The notes beneath the pieces are model-generated. The model did not search any database and was not told the DNA's origin. It saw nothing but the letters and a program-made list of their open reading frames with translations. The position numbers and the translations under genes are program-made. 64,000 nt of DNA from Leucoraja ocellata (Eukaryota): assembly GCA_036785375.1 (NCBI GenBank), contig JAWMAR010000622.1, forward strand, positions 868,001-932,000. Reading direction: 5' to 3'. Shown here in pieces: positions 25,617-37,437 of this stretch. Each line of letters opens with the position of its first letter. Position 1 is the stretch's first letter.

Positions 25617-28600
25617 TATTGTTGTTATCATTGCATTGTTATTGTTAGTTTTTATCTACATTNNNNNNNNNNNNNNNNNNNNNNNNNNNNNNNNNNNNNN
25701 NNNNNNNNNNNNNNNNNNNNNNNNNNNNNNNNNNNNNNNNNNNNNNNNNNNNNNNNNNNNNNNNNNNNNNNNNNNNNNNNNNNNNNNNNNNNNNNNNNNN
25801 NNNNNNNNNNNNNNNNNNNNNNNNNNNNNNNNNNNNNNNNNNNNNNNNNNNNNNNNNNNNNNNNNNNNNNNNNGAAGGAACTGCAGATGCTGGTTTAAAC
25901 CGAATATAAACACAAAATGCTATATTCAGCGGGAGTCTGCAGAAGGGGCTCGACCCGTAACGTCACCCATTCCTTACATACGCACTTAATAGGCTTATAT
26001 GTACATAGAAACAAACAATAATAATACAATAATACCAATAATAGTTTAGTGTAGTTTGGAGATACAGCACGGAAACAGGCCCTTCGGCCCACCGAGTCCG
26101 CGCCGACCAGCGATCCCCACACACTAACACTATCCTACACACACGATGGGCAATTTACAATTTTACCGAAGCGAATTAACCTACAAATCTGGATGTCTTT
26201 GGGATGTGGGAGGGAACCGGGGCGCGCGGGGAAAGCCCACGCAGGGCACGGAGGGAGAACTTACAAACTCCGTAAAGACAGCACCCGTAGTCAGAATCGA
26301 ACCCAGGTCTCTAGCGTTCCATGTCTATGTAGTTCAGAACTTATTTGGAGGTTGTTGAAGTGTTTCATAGGCTGATGGGAATCTGGGAATGGAGCCGATC
26401 AAGTTAATAATCCAATGATTGGCGGTGTAAGTTCAATGCTCGCTACAGTGGCTGTAGAATTTAAACTCATATTCAGAACTTGGAGAATCAGCAAATGGTT
26501 TTAATAATAGCCATAACCACAACCGTCGCAGTAGAGACAGGAACTGGGACAACGTATTTGTTTGGTTTAATTTACAGAAAAGAAGTCCTTCGACCCAACG
26601 TAACCACGTCTATCATCGATCACCCGTTCACGCTAGTCCATAAATCCATACATTCTACAAGCAGAATTATGCCATTAGGCCCATCAAGTCTACCTCGCCA
26701 TGATAAATATTTCTCTCTCAACAGCATTTCCTGCCTTCGTCCCATAACCAAGAATCAACGAATCTCCGCCTTAAAACGGCCTCCACAGCCATCTCAGACT
26801 AAATAAATCTCTTCTCATCTCCTTTCTAAATAAACGAACGTATTCTAAGCTGTGACCTCTGGGGTCCTAGACTCTTCCACAAGTGGGAACATCCTCTCCA
26901 CATCCACTCTATCCAGGCCTTTCACTGTTCGGTAAGTCTCAATGAGGTCGCCCCCTCATCCTTCCAAACTCCAGCAAGTACAGGCCCAGTGCCATCAAAT
27001 GCTAGTTCTGTGTTATCCGACTTCCACCCCACCACCTACACAGTAGGGACAATTTACTGAGGGGCAATTAACCTACAATGGTGTAACTGGGGCACCCGGA
27101 GGAAACCCACCCACTAACTTGCAAACTCGTCAGAGACAGTACCGAGGTCAGAATCGAACTCCGTTCTCTGATGCCCTGGGGTAGCGGCTCTACCACTGCG
27201 CTGCCCTTAAATTTAAATAACTTGTTCTAGCGATCAGAACAGCTTGTTTAATATATAAGATGCAAAAATTAATCATTGTTTTTTTGTATGTCAGCAATCT
27301 GAAACTTAAAAACGAGACTGTTACACTTCAGACTTTCAATATTACAAAAGAATCATCGTTTAACAAATGCAACGTGTTAATTAAATTAGCTGGCTAGACC
27401 CTTAAAAGGTTTAACAGTTTTCTAGGATTTGCCGTGTAAAACCCCCCAATATATTTATAAAAAGAAAAAAATATATATATACAAAATATTCTTTATAAGA
27501 AATATATATGTATATCTAAGTATAATAGCGGCTTACCAGTGGTGTTAGTACCTGTCACGATATTCGCCAACATCAATGTGCGTCGAACAGAACAAGCCAC
27601 TAATATATAAACTGCCCTGTTTAGTTTAGGTCAGATATACAGCGCGGAAACAGGCATTTCGGCCCAACCGACCAGCGATCCCCGCATATTGACACTATCC
27701 TATACATACTAGGGGCAATTTCCACATACAAACATGTGTGTGGGAGGTAACTGAATAACTCGGAGATAACTCACGGGAAAATGTACAAGCTCCATACAGA
27801 CAGCACCCGTGGTCAGGGATCGAACACTGGTCTCTGGCGCTGTGAGGCAGCAACTCTACCGCTGCGCCACCGTGCCGCCCTCAGAACTCAGCGTGATCAA
27901 GCAGCATCTGTGAAGGTGAACGGCCACGTTTCGGGACTGCGTTGAGGAATTCATGGAGTGGGGGGGGGGGGGGGGGGGGTGATAAAGCAGCGGGAAGGAG
28001 ATTGGTTGAATCAAGCGGGGGGCAGGCTTCAGACTGTAGGGACCGGAAGATGGACACACATTGCTGGAGTAGGAGCAGCGGTATCTCTGGAGAGAAGGAA
28101 GGGGCGACGTTTCGGAGCGAGAACGCTTTTTCATCCCAGAAACAGCTCCCCCCCCCCCCCCCCCCCCCACAAGTCGGCGCCGACCAGCGTTCACCCCGTA
28201 CTCCAACACCCCGGACACCTTTACATTTCATTTTCCAAAATAGGTTCCGTGCGGTTCCGGAGGTTGCAGGTGGTTGCCGGGGGTTGCAGGTAGTGGAAGC
28301 AGGTAGTGACACTGACAAAAAAACTCCGGGAACCGCACGGAAACCTGGGTGGGGCGCAAAGTCTCCAGAGGTTGCCGTTCAGGTTTCCTAAGTGGGACAG
28401 GGGCATAAATCTCCAAACCCGGACATCTTTGGAATGTTGGAGTGCGGGAAACCGGAGCACCCAGAGAAACCCACGCAATCACAGGGAAAAAGGGTAAACT
28501 CCACACAGACAGCAGCCGAGGTCAGGATCGAACCCATGTCTCTGCCGCTGTGTAACGCTACCCACTCACCTGTGTCTCACTATTATCTGCCATGCTTTGT

Positions 28601-30367
28601 TGTGCCTCTCCCCCTTTTACATCCCTCTTCTCCCACCACCTCCACCAAATCAGTTTGAAGATGCGTCTCGGCCCAGTATAGTACAGTTTGGTTTACAGAT
28701 TCGTTTATTGTCACCTGCACCGAGGTACAGTGAAAAGCTGTTGTTGCGTGCTAACCAGTCAGCGGAAAGACAATACATGATTACAATCGAGTGACAAGGA
28801 AATAACATTCAGCGCCAGGTAAAACCAGCAGAGTCCGATCAAGGATTGACCGAGGGTCACCGATGAGGAAGATAGTAGTTCTGCACTGCTCTCTGGTTGT
28901 AGTAGGGTGATTCAGTTGTCTGATAACAGCTTGGAAGAAACTGTCCCTGAATCTGGGTGTGTGCGTTTCCACACATCTGTACCTCTTGCCTGTTGGAGTG
29001 GGGTGAAGAGAGAGTGGACAGGGTGTAACTCATCTTTGATTGTGCTGCTCGCCTTGCCGAGACAGCGTGAGGTGTAGATGGAATCAATGGAAGGGAGGTT
29101 GGTTGCTGCGATGGTCTGGCTGCGTCCACAATTCGCAGCAATTTCATGCCGTCTTGGATGGAGCTGTGACTCGAGGCTGTGTCGCCTTTCCGTGCTCTCC
29201 AGAGATGCTGCCAGACCCGCTGTGTTTACTCCAGCACTTTGTGTCCTTTTCTGATTATGCCTTATCAGTCACCGCCACGACATTTCCCTTTAGAGAATTA
29301 CAGACAGAAAAAAGGAAGAATAGTATTGTCACAGGATGTTACTGGGGGATTGTCAACTTAATCAACTTAAATACGATGTGGTTTCAGCACTGACTGCCCT
29401 CTCTGCTGCATCTTGTTCCAGTCCCACCTGTTTATCTGATCACTCACACGTATTTTTGTCCACGCTACGTGTGGTCTGGGACCGCAGTGGGCCATCGAAT
29501 ACGACACACGTGTTAAACTATCTGCAGATCGCCTCGCTAATGGGACAACGTTTCTTTGGTGTCGTTTACATAGAAACATAGAAACAAAGAAAATGGGTGC
29601 ATGAGTAGGCCATTCGGCCCTTCGAGCCTGCACCGCCATTCAATATGATCATGGCTGATCGTCCAACACAGTATCCTGTACCTGCCTTCTCTCCATACCC
29701 CCCTGATCCCTTTAGCCACAAGGGCCACATCTAACACCCTCTTAAATATAGCCAATGAACTGGCCTCAACTACCTTCTGTGGCAGAGAATTCCAGAGATT
29801 CACCACTCTCTGTGTGAAAAATGTTTTTCTTATCTCGGTCCTAAAAGATTTCCCTCTTATCCTTAAACAGTGACCCTTGTTCTGGACTTCCCCAACATCG
29901 GCAACAATCTTCCTGCATCTAGCCTGTCCAACCCCTTAAGAATTTTAGATTTTAAATCACTTGCCCTGCCTGCCTATTGTTTCAAACAGCCCTATAATCC
30001 CCACAGAAACCGTCATCTTTGGCCTCCAGTAAGGTCAAAAGTGATAGGAGTAGAATTAGGTCATTTTGCCCATCAAGTCTACTCCGCCATTGAATCATGG
30101 CTGATCTATATCTCCCTCTTAACCAAATTCCCCTACCCGCTCCCCTTAACACCTGACACCCGTAATAATCAAGAATCTAACTCCCTCTGCCATAATAATA
30201 TCAATTGACATCCTCCACAGCCATGTATGGCCATGAATTCCACAGACTCACCACCCTCTGACAAAATATATTCCTCCTCATCTCCTTCCTAAAAGTTCGT
30301 CCTTTAATTCTGAGGCTATGATCTCTAGTCCTAGACACCTCCACTAGTGAAAACATCCTCTCCACAT

Positions 30368-30442
30368 TCACTCTATCCAAGCATCTCGCATATCCCCAGT
30401 TTCACCAATGAATTCTTGGTGCATTCCATCCACGATCAAACA
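30368..30442 (-). CDS. CD2/SLAM-like copy 4 (type B): putative cytoplasmic terminal exon, earlier stop
   Basis: CLIVDGMHQEFIGETGDMRDAWIE* (TGG>TGA relative to copies 1 and 2). Confidence 0.45.
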   Translation of the reverse strand, partial: CLIVDGMHQEFIGETGDMRDAWIE

Positions 30443-30629
30443 CTTGAAGGATAAGGGGACGGGGTGGGATAGTGGGAGAAATGGGCGCACAAACTTGTAA
30501 GGGAGAGGGAAGAGAGAGGGATGGGGTGGGAGTGGAGGGGGTGGGGGGGGGGGGGGGGGGGGGAGATGGGTTACAGATTATAGATTATTACCTGGAATTG
30601 TACGAAGTAAAATATTCAAATATACTGAC

Positions 30630-30739
30630 CTGTACTGAGCTTGTCCTCTTGTAATACATGTAGCAAAATATAGCTGAGATGAAGATGATTGTTGCGGCTG
30701 TAATAAGTACACGGCTTGAGACTCTTAATGGCTTAGAAC
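30630..30739 (-). CDS. CD2/SLAM-like copy 4: transmembrane exon
   Basis: 110 nt; one synonymous change versus the other copies. Confidence 0.85.
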
Positions 30740-31350
30740 CTGAAGAGAGATCAATATTTCAGTTGCCAGTCTATTGACGTGTTGGTGCATGGGAACAGAT
30801 TCAGGGAGTTCAGGTCAGTTTAGGTTAGTTTATTGTCACGTGTACCGGGCTACAGTGAAAAGCTTTTTGTCGCGTGCTATCGAGTCAGCAGAAAGACAAT
30901 ACATGATTACAATCAATGCGTTTATAGCATAGATTCATGATAAAGGAATAACGCTTAATGCAAGGTAAATTCCGGTCATGGATAGCCTTATGCCCCTGTC
31001 CCACTTAGGAATCCTGAACGGAAACCTCTGGAGACTTGCGCCCCACCTAAGGTTTCCGCGAGGTTCCCGGATGTTTTTGTCAGTCTCCCTACCTGCTTCC
31101 ACTACCTGCAACCTCTGGCAACCACCTGCAACCTCCAGAAACCTTGGCTGGGGCGCAAAGTCTCCAAAGGTTTCCGTTCAGGCTTCCTAAGTGGGACAGG
31201 GGCATTACTCCAGCATGGTGTGCTCGTTTAAATACATCGATTACCTGGTTTCTTTCATCGGAAGGATTTGGGGATTTGTATAGGAACGAAAAAAATAGCC
31301 CCTATTTTATTTGAGAAATGTGCTTAGTGTGAAAATATGAAGCCACAAAC

Positions 31351-31641
31351 CTTCATGAGCAGGACAGAGCTGTGTTAGATCCACGCTCCGCGTCTCCTCA
31401 CTAACAGGGTTCCTCACGGTGCAGTTGTACACGCTGTTGTTGTTGGGTAGAGGTATGGAGAGTGCCAGCCTTCTCCCTTCGTCAGTCAGTATGTGCGACC
31501 CATCTGCCGTGACCTTGTCATCTCCTGACCACCAAGTGTAGACTGGCTCGGTGCCGTGCTCCAGTGAACACACCAAGCTAACGTTACACACCCCTTCGGT
31601 GAAGGCTTCACTGATATTTATTGTAGGTAATGACACGCGTT
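31351..31641 (-). CDS. CD2/SLAM-like copy 4: Ig C2 exon (intact)
   Basis: 291 nt, phase 1-1; nearly identical to copy 2. Confidence 0.92.
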
Positions 31642-32142
31642 CTGTTTCAAAGAAAATCAGATTTTTTTAAAAGCACATGTATTTAAAAAAGCATCTGTAG
31701 ACTTGCTGCCTTGCAGCGACAGAGACTCTGATACGACCTTGACTACGGGTGCTGTCTGTACGGATTTTATGCCTTCTCCCAGGGACCGCGTAGGGTTTCT
31801 CCGGGTGCACCGGTTTCTCCCACTCTCCAAAATCGTACAGGTTTGTAGGTTATTTAGCTTGGTATAATAGTAAAGTGTCCCTATTGTGTGTAGGGTAGTG
31901 TCAGTGCGCGGGGATCGCTGGTCCGTGAGGACTCGGTGGGCCAAGGGCCTGTTTCCCGGCTGTATCTCTAAACTAAACTAAGTTGCGGCTTCTCAGCGCC
32001 AGAGACACGGGTTCTGTCCTGACCTGACCACGGCTACGGTCTGAACGGATTTCATGCGTTCTTCCCGTGACCGCGTGGGTTTGCCCACAATCCAAAGTTT
32101 GTTAGATTCGAGAATGTACAGTTTATTTAAAAAAAAGATTAC

Positions 32143-32471
32143 CATAAATCTTCAGTTCTGTCACTTGTTCGTGGAGAGCCAGATTCGTCCTTAAGTTCAT
32201 TTCATACAGACCTTGATCGTGTTCTGTTAGGTTCTGTATTTCCAGACTGCAGTCCTTCAGGTTTAACCTGATTCCCTGTTTGTCATATTGTATTGGATTG
32301 TTTTGAGTTTTTATACATAATTGAACCTTTCCTGTTGTTGGTGAACTGCGGTAATCCCAAGCAAGGAATGACATGTTTTCTCCTGAGATACATCCTGGTA
32401 ACGTGACTGACTTTCCCAGTGTCCATTCACCAAGCGACGAGTGCCTGGTTTCCCAGCAGTCTGTCCCAGAC
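32143..32471 (-). CDS. CD2/SLAM-like copy 4: Ig V exon with 1-nt deletion; no leader exon visible upstream
   Basis: 329 nt; gtgtccattc versus gtgtcccattc near 32423; otherwise LGKSVTLPGC...DQGLYEMNLRTNLALHEQVTELKIYG. Confidence 0.85.
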
Positions 32472-35400
32472 CTGAAACACAAAGACAAGATATTAGTGCC
32501 ATCAGCTCTGGGGTGTTGGTGTCCATAGTTTCCCAGCCCAGCAGTGAGTTGTCCCAACCCCAATGGACAAGGGCAGCAGGCACATGAGGTCCAATTACGT
32601 CGACCATCGATCGAACTAGGTTTGTTGATCCTGTTACCATCCGCAGCTTTCGCCCTGATGCCCCAGCACACGGCAGCGAAAAAGATGGCGCTGGCTACCA
32701 CCGGTTGGTAGAACATCTGCAGCATCTGACTGTAGACGTTGAAGGAGCTGAGCATTCTCAAACAGTACAGGCAGCCCCGTCCCTTCTTGTACATTGTCTC
32801 AGCGTTCCTGGACCAGTCTAGTTTACTGTCCAGGTACACTCCCAGGTATTTGTACCCCTTGGAAAGGTCGATGGCTAAANNNNNNNNNNNNNNNNNNNNN
32901 NNNNNNNNNNNNNNNNNNNNNNNNNNNNNNNNNNNNNNNNNNNNNNNNNNNNNNNNNNNNNNNNNNNNNNNNNNNNNNNNNNNNNNNNNNNNNNNNNNNN
33001 NNNNNNNNNNNNNNNNNNNNNNNNNNNNNNNNNNNNNNNNNNNNNNNNNNNNNNNNNNNNNNNNNNNNNNNNNNNNNNNNNNNNNNNNNNNNNNNNNNNN
33101 NNNNNNNNNNNNNNNNNNNNNNNNNNNNNNNNNNNNNNNNNNNNNNNNNNNNNNNNNNNNNNNNNNNNNNNNNNNNNNNNNNNNNNNNNNNNNNNNNNNN
33201 NNNNNNNNNNNNNNNNNNNNNNNNNNNNNNNNNNNNNNNNNNNNNNNNNNNTTGTTATTGTTAGTTTTTATGTACATNNNNNNNNNNNNNNNNNNNNNNN
33301 NNNNNNNNNNNNNNNNNNNNNNNNNNNNNNNNNNNNNNNNNNNNNNNNNNNNNNNNNNNNNNNNNNNNNNNNNNNNNNNNNNNNNNNNNNNNNNNNNNNN
33401 NNNNNNNNNNNNNNNNNNNNNNNNNNNNNNNNNNNNNNNNNNTGCAGATGCTGGTTTAACCGAATATAGACACAAAATGCTATATTCAGCGGGAGTCTGC
33501 AGAAGGGGCTCGACCCGTAACGTCACCCATTCCTTATCTCCAGAGATGCTGCCTGTTCCGCTCAGTTACTCCAGCATTATGTGTTTATCTTCTTTTATAT
33601 ATTTAGAAATGTATCCGCGCACATACGCACTTAATAGGCTTATATGTACATAGAAACAAACAATAATAATAACAATAATAACAATAATCGTCTAGTTTAG
33701 TTGGAGATACAGCACGGAACAGCCCTTCGGCCCACCAAGTCCGCGCCGACCAGCGATCCCCGCACACTAACACTATCCTGCACACACGATGGGCAATTTA
33801 CAATTTTACCGAAGCGAATTAACCTACAAATCTGTATGTCTTTGGAATGTGGGAGGGAACCGGGGCCCCCGGGGAAAGCCCACGCAGGGCACGGGGGGAG
33901 AACTTACAAACTCCGTAAAGACAGCACCCGTAGTCAGAATCGAACCCGGGTCTCTAGCGTTCCATGCCTATGTAGTTCAGAGCTTATTTGGAGGTTGTTG
34001 AAGTGTTTCATAGGCTGATGGGAATCTGGGAATGGAGCCGATCAAGTTAATAGTCCAATGACGTGGCGGTGTAAGTTCAATGCACGCTACAGTGGCTGTA
34101 GAATTTAAACTCAAATTCAGAACTTGGAGGATCAGCAAGTGGTTTTAATAATAGCCATAACCACAACCGTCGCAGTAGAGACAGGAACTGGGTCAACGTT
34201 TTTGTTTGGTTTAATTTACAGAAAATAAGTCCTTCGACCCAACGTAACCACGTCTATCATCGATCACCCGTTCACGCTAGTCCATACGTCCATACATTCT
34301 ACAAGCAGAATTATGCCATTAGGCACATCAAGTCTACCTCGCCATGATAAATATTTCCCTCTCAACAGCATTTTCCTGCCTTCGTCCCATAACCAAGAAT
34401 CAACGAATCTCCGCCTTAAAACGGCCTCCACAGCCATCTCAGACTAAATAAATCTCTTCTCATCTCCTTTCTAAATGAACGAATTTGTATTCTGAGGCTG
34501 TGACCTCTGGTCCTAGACTCTTCCACCAGTGGAAACATCCTCTCCACATCCACTCTATCGAGGCCTTTCACTGTTCGGTAAGTCTCAATGAGGTCGCCCC
34601 CTCATCCTTCCAAACTCCAGCAAGTACAGGCCCAGTGCCTTCAAATGCTAGTTCTGTGTTATCCGACTTCCCCACCCACCCCCTACACAGTAGGGAGAAT
34701 TTACTGGGGGGCAATTAACCTACAATGGTGTAACCGGGGCACCCGGAGGAAACCACCCACTATCTTGCAAACTCCACAGAGACAGTACCCGAGGTCAGAA
34801 TCGAACTCCGTTATCTGATGCCCTGAGGTAGCGGCTCTACCACTGCACCACCCTTAAATTTAAAATAATTTGTTCTAGCGATCAGAAAAGCTTGTTTAAT
34901 ATATAAGATGCAAAAATGAATCATTGTTTTTTTGTATGTCAGCAATCTGAAACTTAAAAACGAGACTGTTACATGTTTCAGACTTTCAATATTACAAAAG
35001 AATCATCGGTTAACAAATGCAACGTGTTAATTAAATTAGCTGGCGTTATAACCTTAAACGTTTTCTAGGATCTGCCGTGTAAAAACCCCACTATATTTAT
35101 GAAAAGAAAAAAATAAATATATACAAAATATTCTTTATAAGAAATATATATGTATATCTACGTTCAATAGCGGCTTAACCAGTGGTGTTGGTACCTGTCA
35201 CGATATTCGCCAACATCAATGTGCTTCGAACAAAACAAGCCACTAATATATAAACTGCCCTGTTTAGTTTAGGTCAGATATACAGCGCGGAAACAGGCAT
35301 TTCGGCCCAACCGACCAGCGATCCCGCATATTGACACTATCCTATACATACTAAGGGCAATTTCCACATACAAACCTGTGTGTGGGAGGTAACTGTATAA

Positions 35401-36430
35401 CTCGGAGATAACTCACGGGAAAATGTACAAGCTCCATACAGACAGCACCCGTGGTCAGGGATCGAACCCTGGTCTCTGGCGCTGTGAGGCAGCAACTCTA
35501 CCGCTGCGCCACCGTGCCGTCCTCAGCACTCAGCGTGATCAAGCAGCATCTGTGAAGGTGAACGGCCACGTTTCGGGACTGCGTTGAGGAATTCATGGAG
35601 TGGGGGTGTGATAAAGCAGCGGGAAGGAGATTGGTTGAATCAAGCGGGGGAGGGGGCAGGCTTCAGACTGTAGGGACCGGAAGATGGACACACATTGCTG
35701 GAGTAGGAGCGGCGGTATCTCTGGAGAGAAGGAAAGGGCGTCGTTTCGCATCGAGACAGCCCCCCCCCCCCCCCCCCCCCCCCCCACAAGTCGGCGCCGA
35801 CCCAGCGTTCACCCCGTACTCCAACACCCCGGACACCTTTACATTTCTTTTTCCAAAATAGGTTCCGTGCGGTTCCCGGAGGTTGCAGGTGGTTGCCGGG
35901 GTTGCAGGTAGTGGAAGCAGGTAGTGAGACTGACAAAAACCTCCAGGAACCGCACGGAAACCTTGGGTGGAGCGCAAAGTCTCCAGAGGTTTCCGTTCAG
36001 CTTTCCTAAGTGGGACAGGGGCATAAATCTCCAAACGCGGTCGTCTTTGGAATGTTGGAGTGCGGGAAACCGGAGCACCCAGAGAAAACCACTCAATCAC
36101 AGGGAAAACGGTAAACTCCACACAGACAGCAGCCGCGGTCAGGATCGAACCCGGGTCTCTGCCGCTGTGTAACACTACCGCTGCACTGGAAAAGGTTAAC
36201 AGAGACATTTGTATGTGTTCCGTCTCTAATTGGAGGTGCGATGTGGGTGGGGAAAGGAGCACGGCCCATTTAAATTCCAATTCACAGTCATGCCCCGACG
36301 TCAACATTATTTATATATTGTATATCTGTCGGCACTGGACACGAATATCAAGAGAGAGACCCGCCAGATCAACTCATCTTGACGCCGGGGACAGTGAGCC
36401 TGAATTGGCATTGGGTTTGGACAGCAGAAC

Positions 36431-36458
36431 ATGCTTCCCGTGTGCCTTGTAATACTGA
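36431..36458 (+). CDS. ITIM-bearing transmembrane protein, exon 1 (start of signal peptide)
   Basis: aacATG CTT CCC GTG TGC CTT GTA ATA CTG A|gtaagt (consensus donor, phase 1): MLPVCLVIL. Joined to exon 2 it gives the signal peptide MLPVCLVILTFGVRVISA. Confidence 0.75.
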
Positions 36459-36669
36459 GTAAGTACCATGACGGATGGAGGGAAGGAGGTTTTTTTTTAA
36501 ATGTTGGGAGAAGGTGAGATGTAGGTTTACGTTGGGGAGGGGGGGGGGATATTTAATAGGAACCTGAGGGACAACCTTTTAACACAAAGTGTGGTAGGTG
36601 TATGGAACGAGCTGCCGGAGAGGATAGGTATAATTCCAATGTTTAAGAAACATTTAAATAGATACATGG

Positions 36670-37437
36670 ATAGAAACATATAAACATAGACAATGGGTGC
36701 AGGAGTAGGCCATTCGGCCCTTCGAGCCAGCACCGCCATTCAAAATTATCATGGCTGATTATCCAACTCAGTATCCTGTACCTGCCTTCTCTCCATACCC
36801 CCTGATCCCTTTAGCCACAAGGGCCACATCCAACTCCCTCTTAAATATAGCCAATGAACTGGCCTCGGCTACCTTCAGTGGCAGAGAATTCCGCAGATTC
36901 ACCACTCTCTGAGTAAAAAATGATTTTCCCACCTCGGTCCTAAAAGACTTCCCCCCTTATCCTTAAACTGTGACCTCTTGTTCTGACTTCCCCAACATCG
37001 GGAACAATCTTCCTGCATCTAGCCTGACCAGCCCCTTAAGAATTTTGTAAGTTTCTATAAGATCCCCCCTCAATCTTCTAAATTCTAGCGAGTACAAGCC
37101 GAGTCTATCCAGTCTTTCTTCATATGAAAGTCCTGACATCCCAGGAATCAGTCTGGTGAACCTTCTCTGTACTCCCTCTATGGCAAGAATGTCTTTCCTC
37201 AGATTAGGAGACCAAAACTGTACGCTATACTCCAGGTGTGGTCTCACCAAGACCCTGTACAACTGCAGTAGAACCCCCCTGCTCTTATACTCAAATCCTT
37301 TTGCTATGAATGCTAACATACCATTCGCTTTCTTCACTGCCTGCTGCACCTGCATGCCTACTTTCAATGACGGGTGTACCATGACACCAGGTCTGTTGCA
37401 TCTCCCCTTTTCCTAATCGGCCACCATTCAGATAATA
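36670..37437 (-). mobile_element. CR1 LINE 3' fragment
   Basis: ORF 36963-37382: QVQQAVKKANGMLAFI...LVRPHLEY.VQFWSP. Confidence 0.92.

Larger units (their letters stand above)
10523..36173. repeat. Tandem segmental duplication: three full units (10523-19521, 19522-28556, 28557-36173); further partial units at 1-7075
   Basis: Same transposon order and exons recur; the same junction ctgtgtaac|gct(c/a)cccac occurs at 631, 19521 and 28556. Confidence 0.95.

Noticed and set aside
32123-33526. 467-aa ORF apparently fusing RT-like sequence to an Ig V domain
   Set aside because: Artefact of N-runs and a 1-nt deletion putting an intronic Rex/Babar fragment in frame with the V exon.
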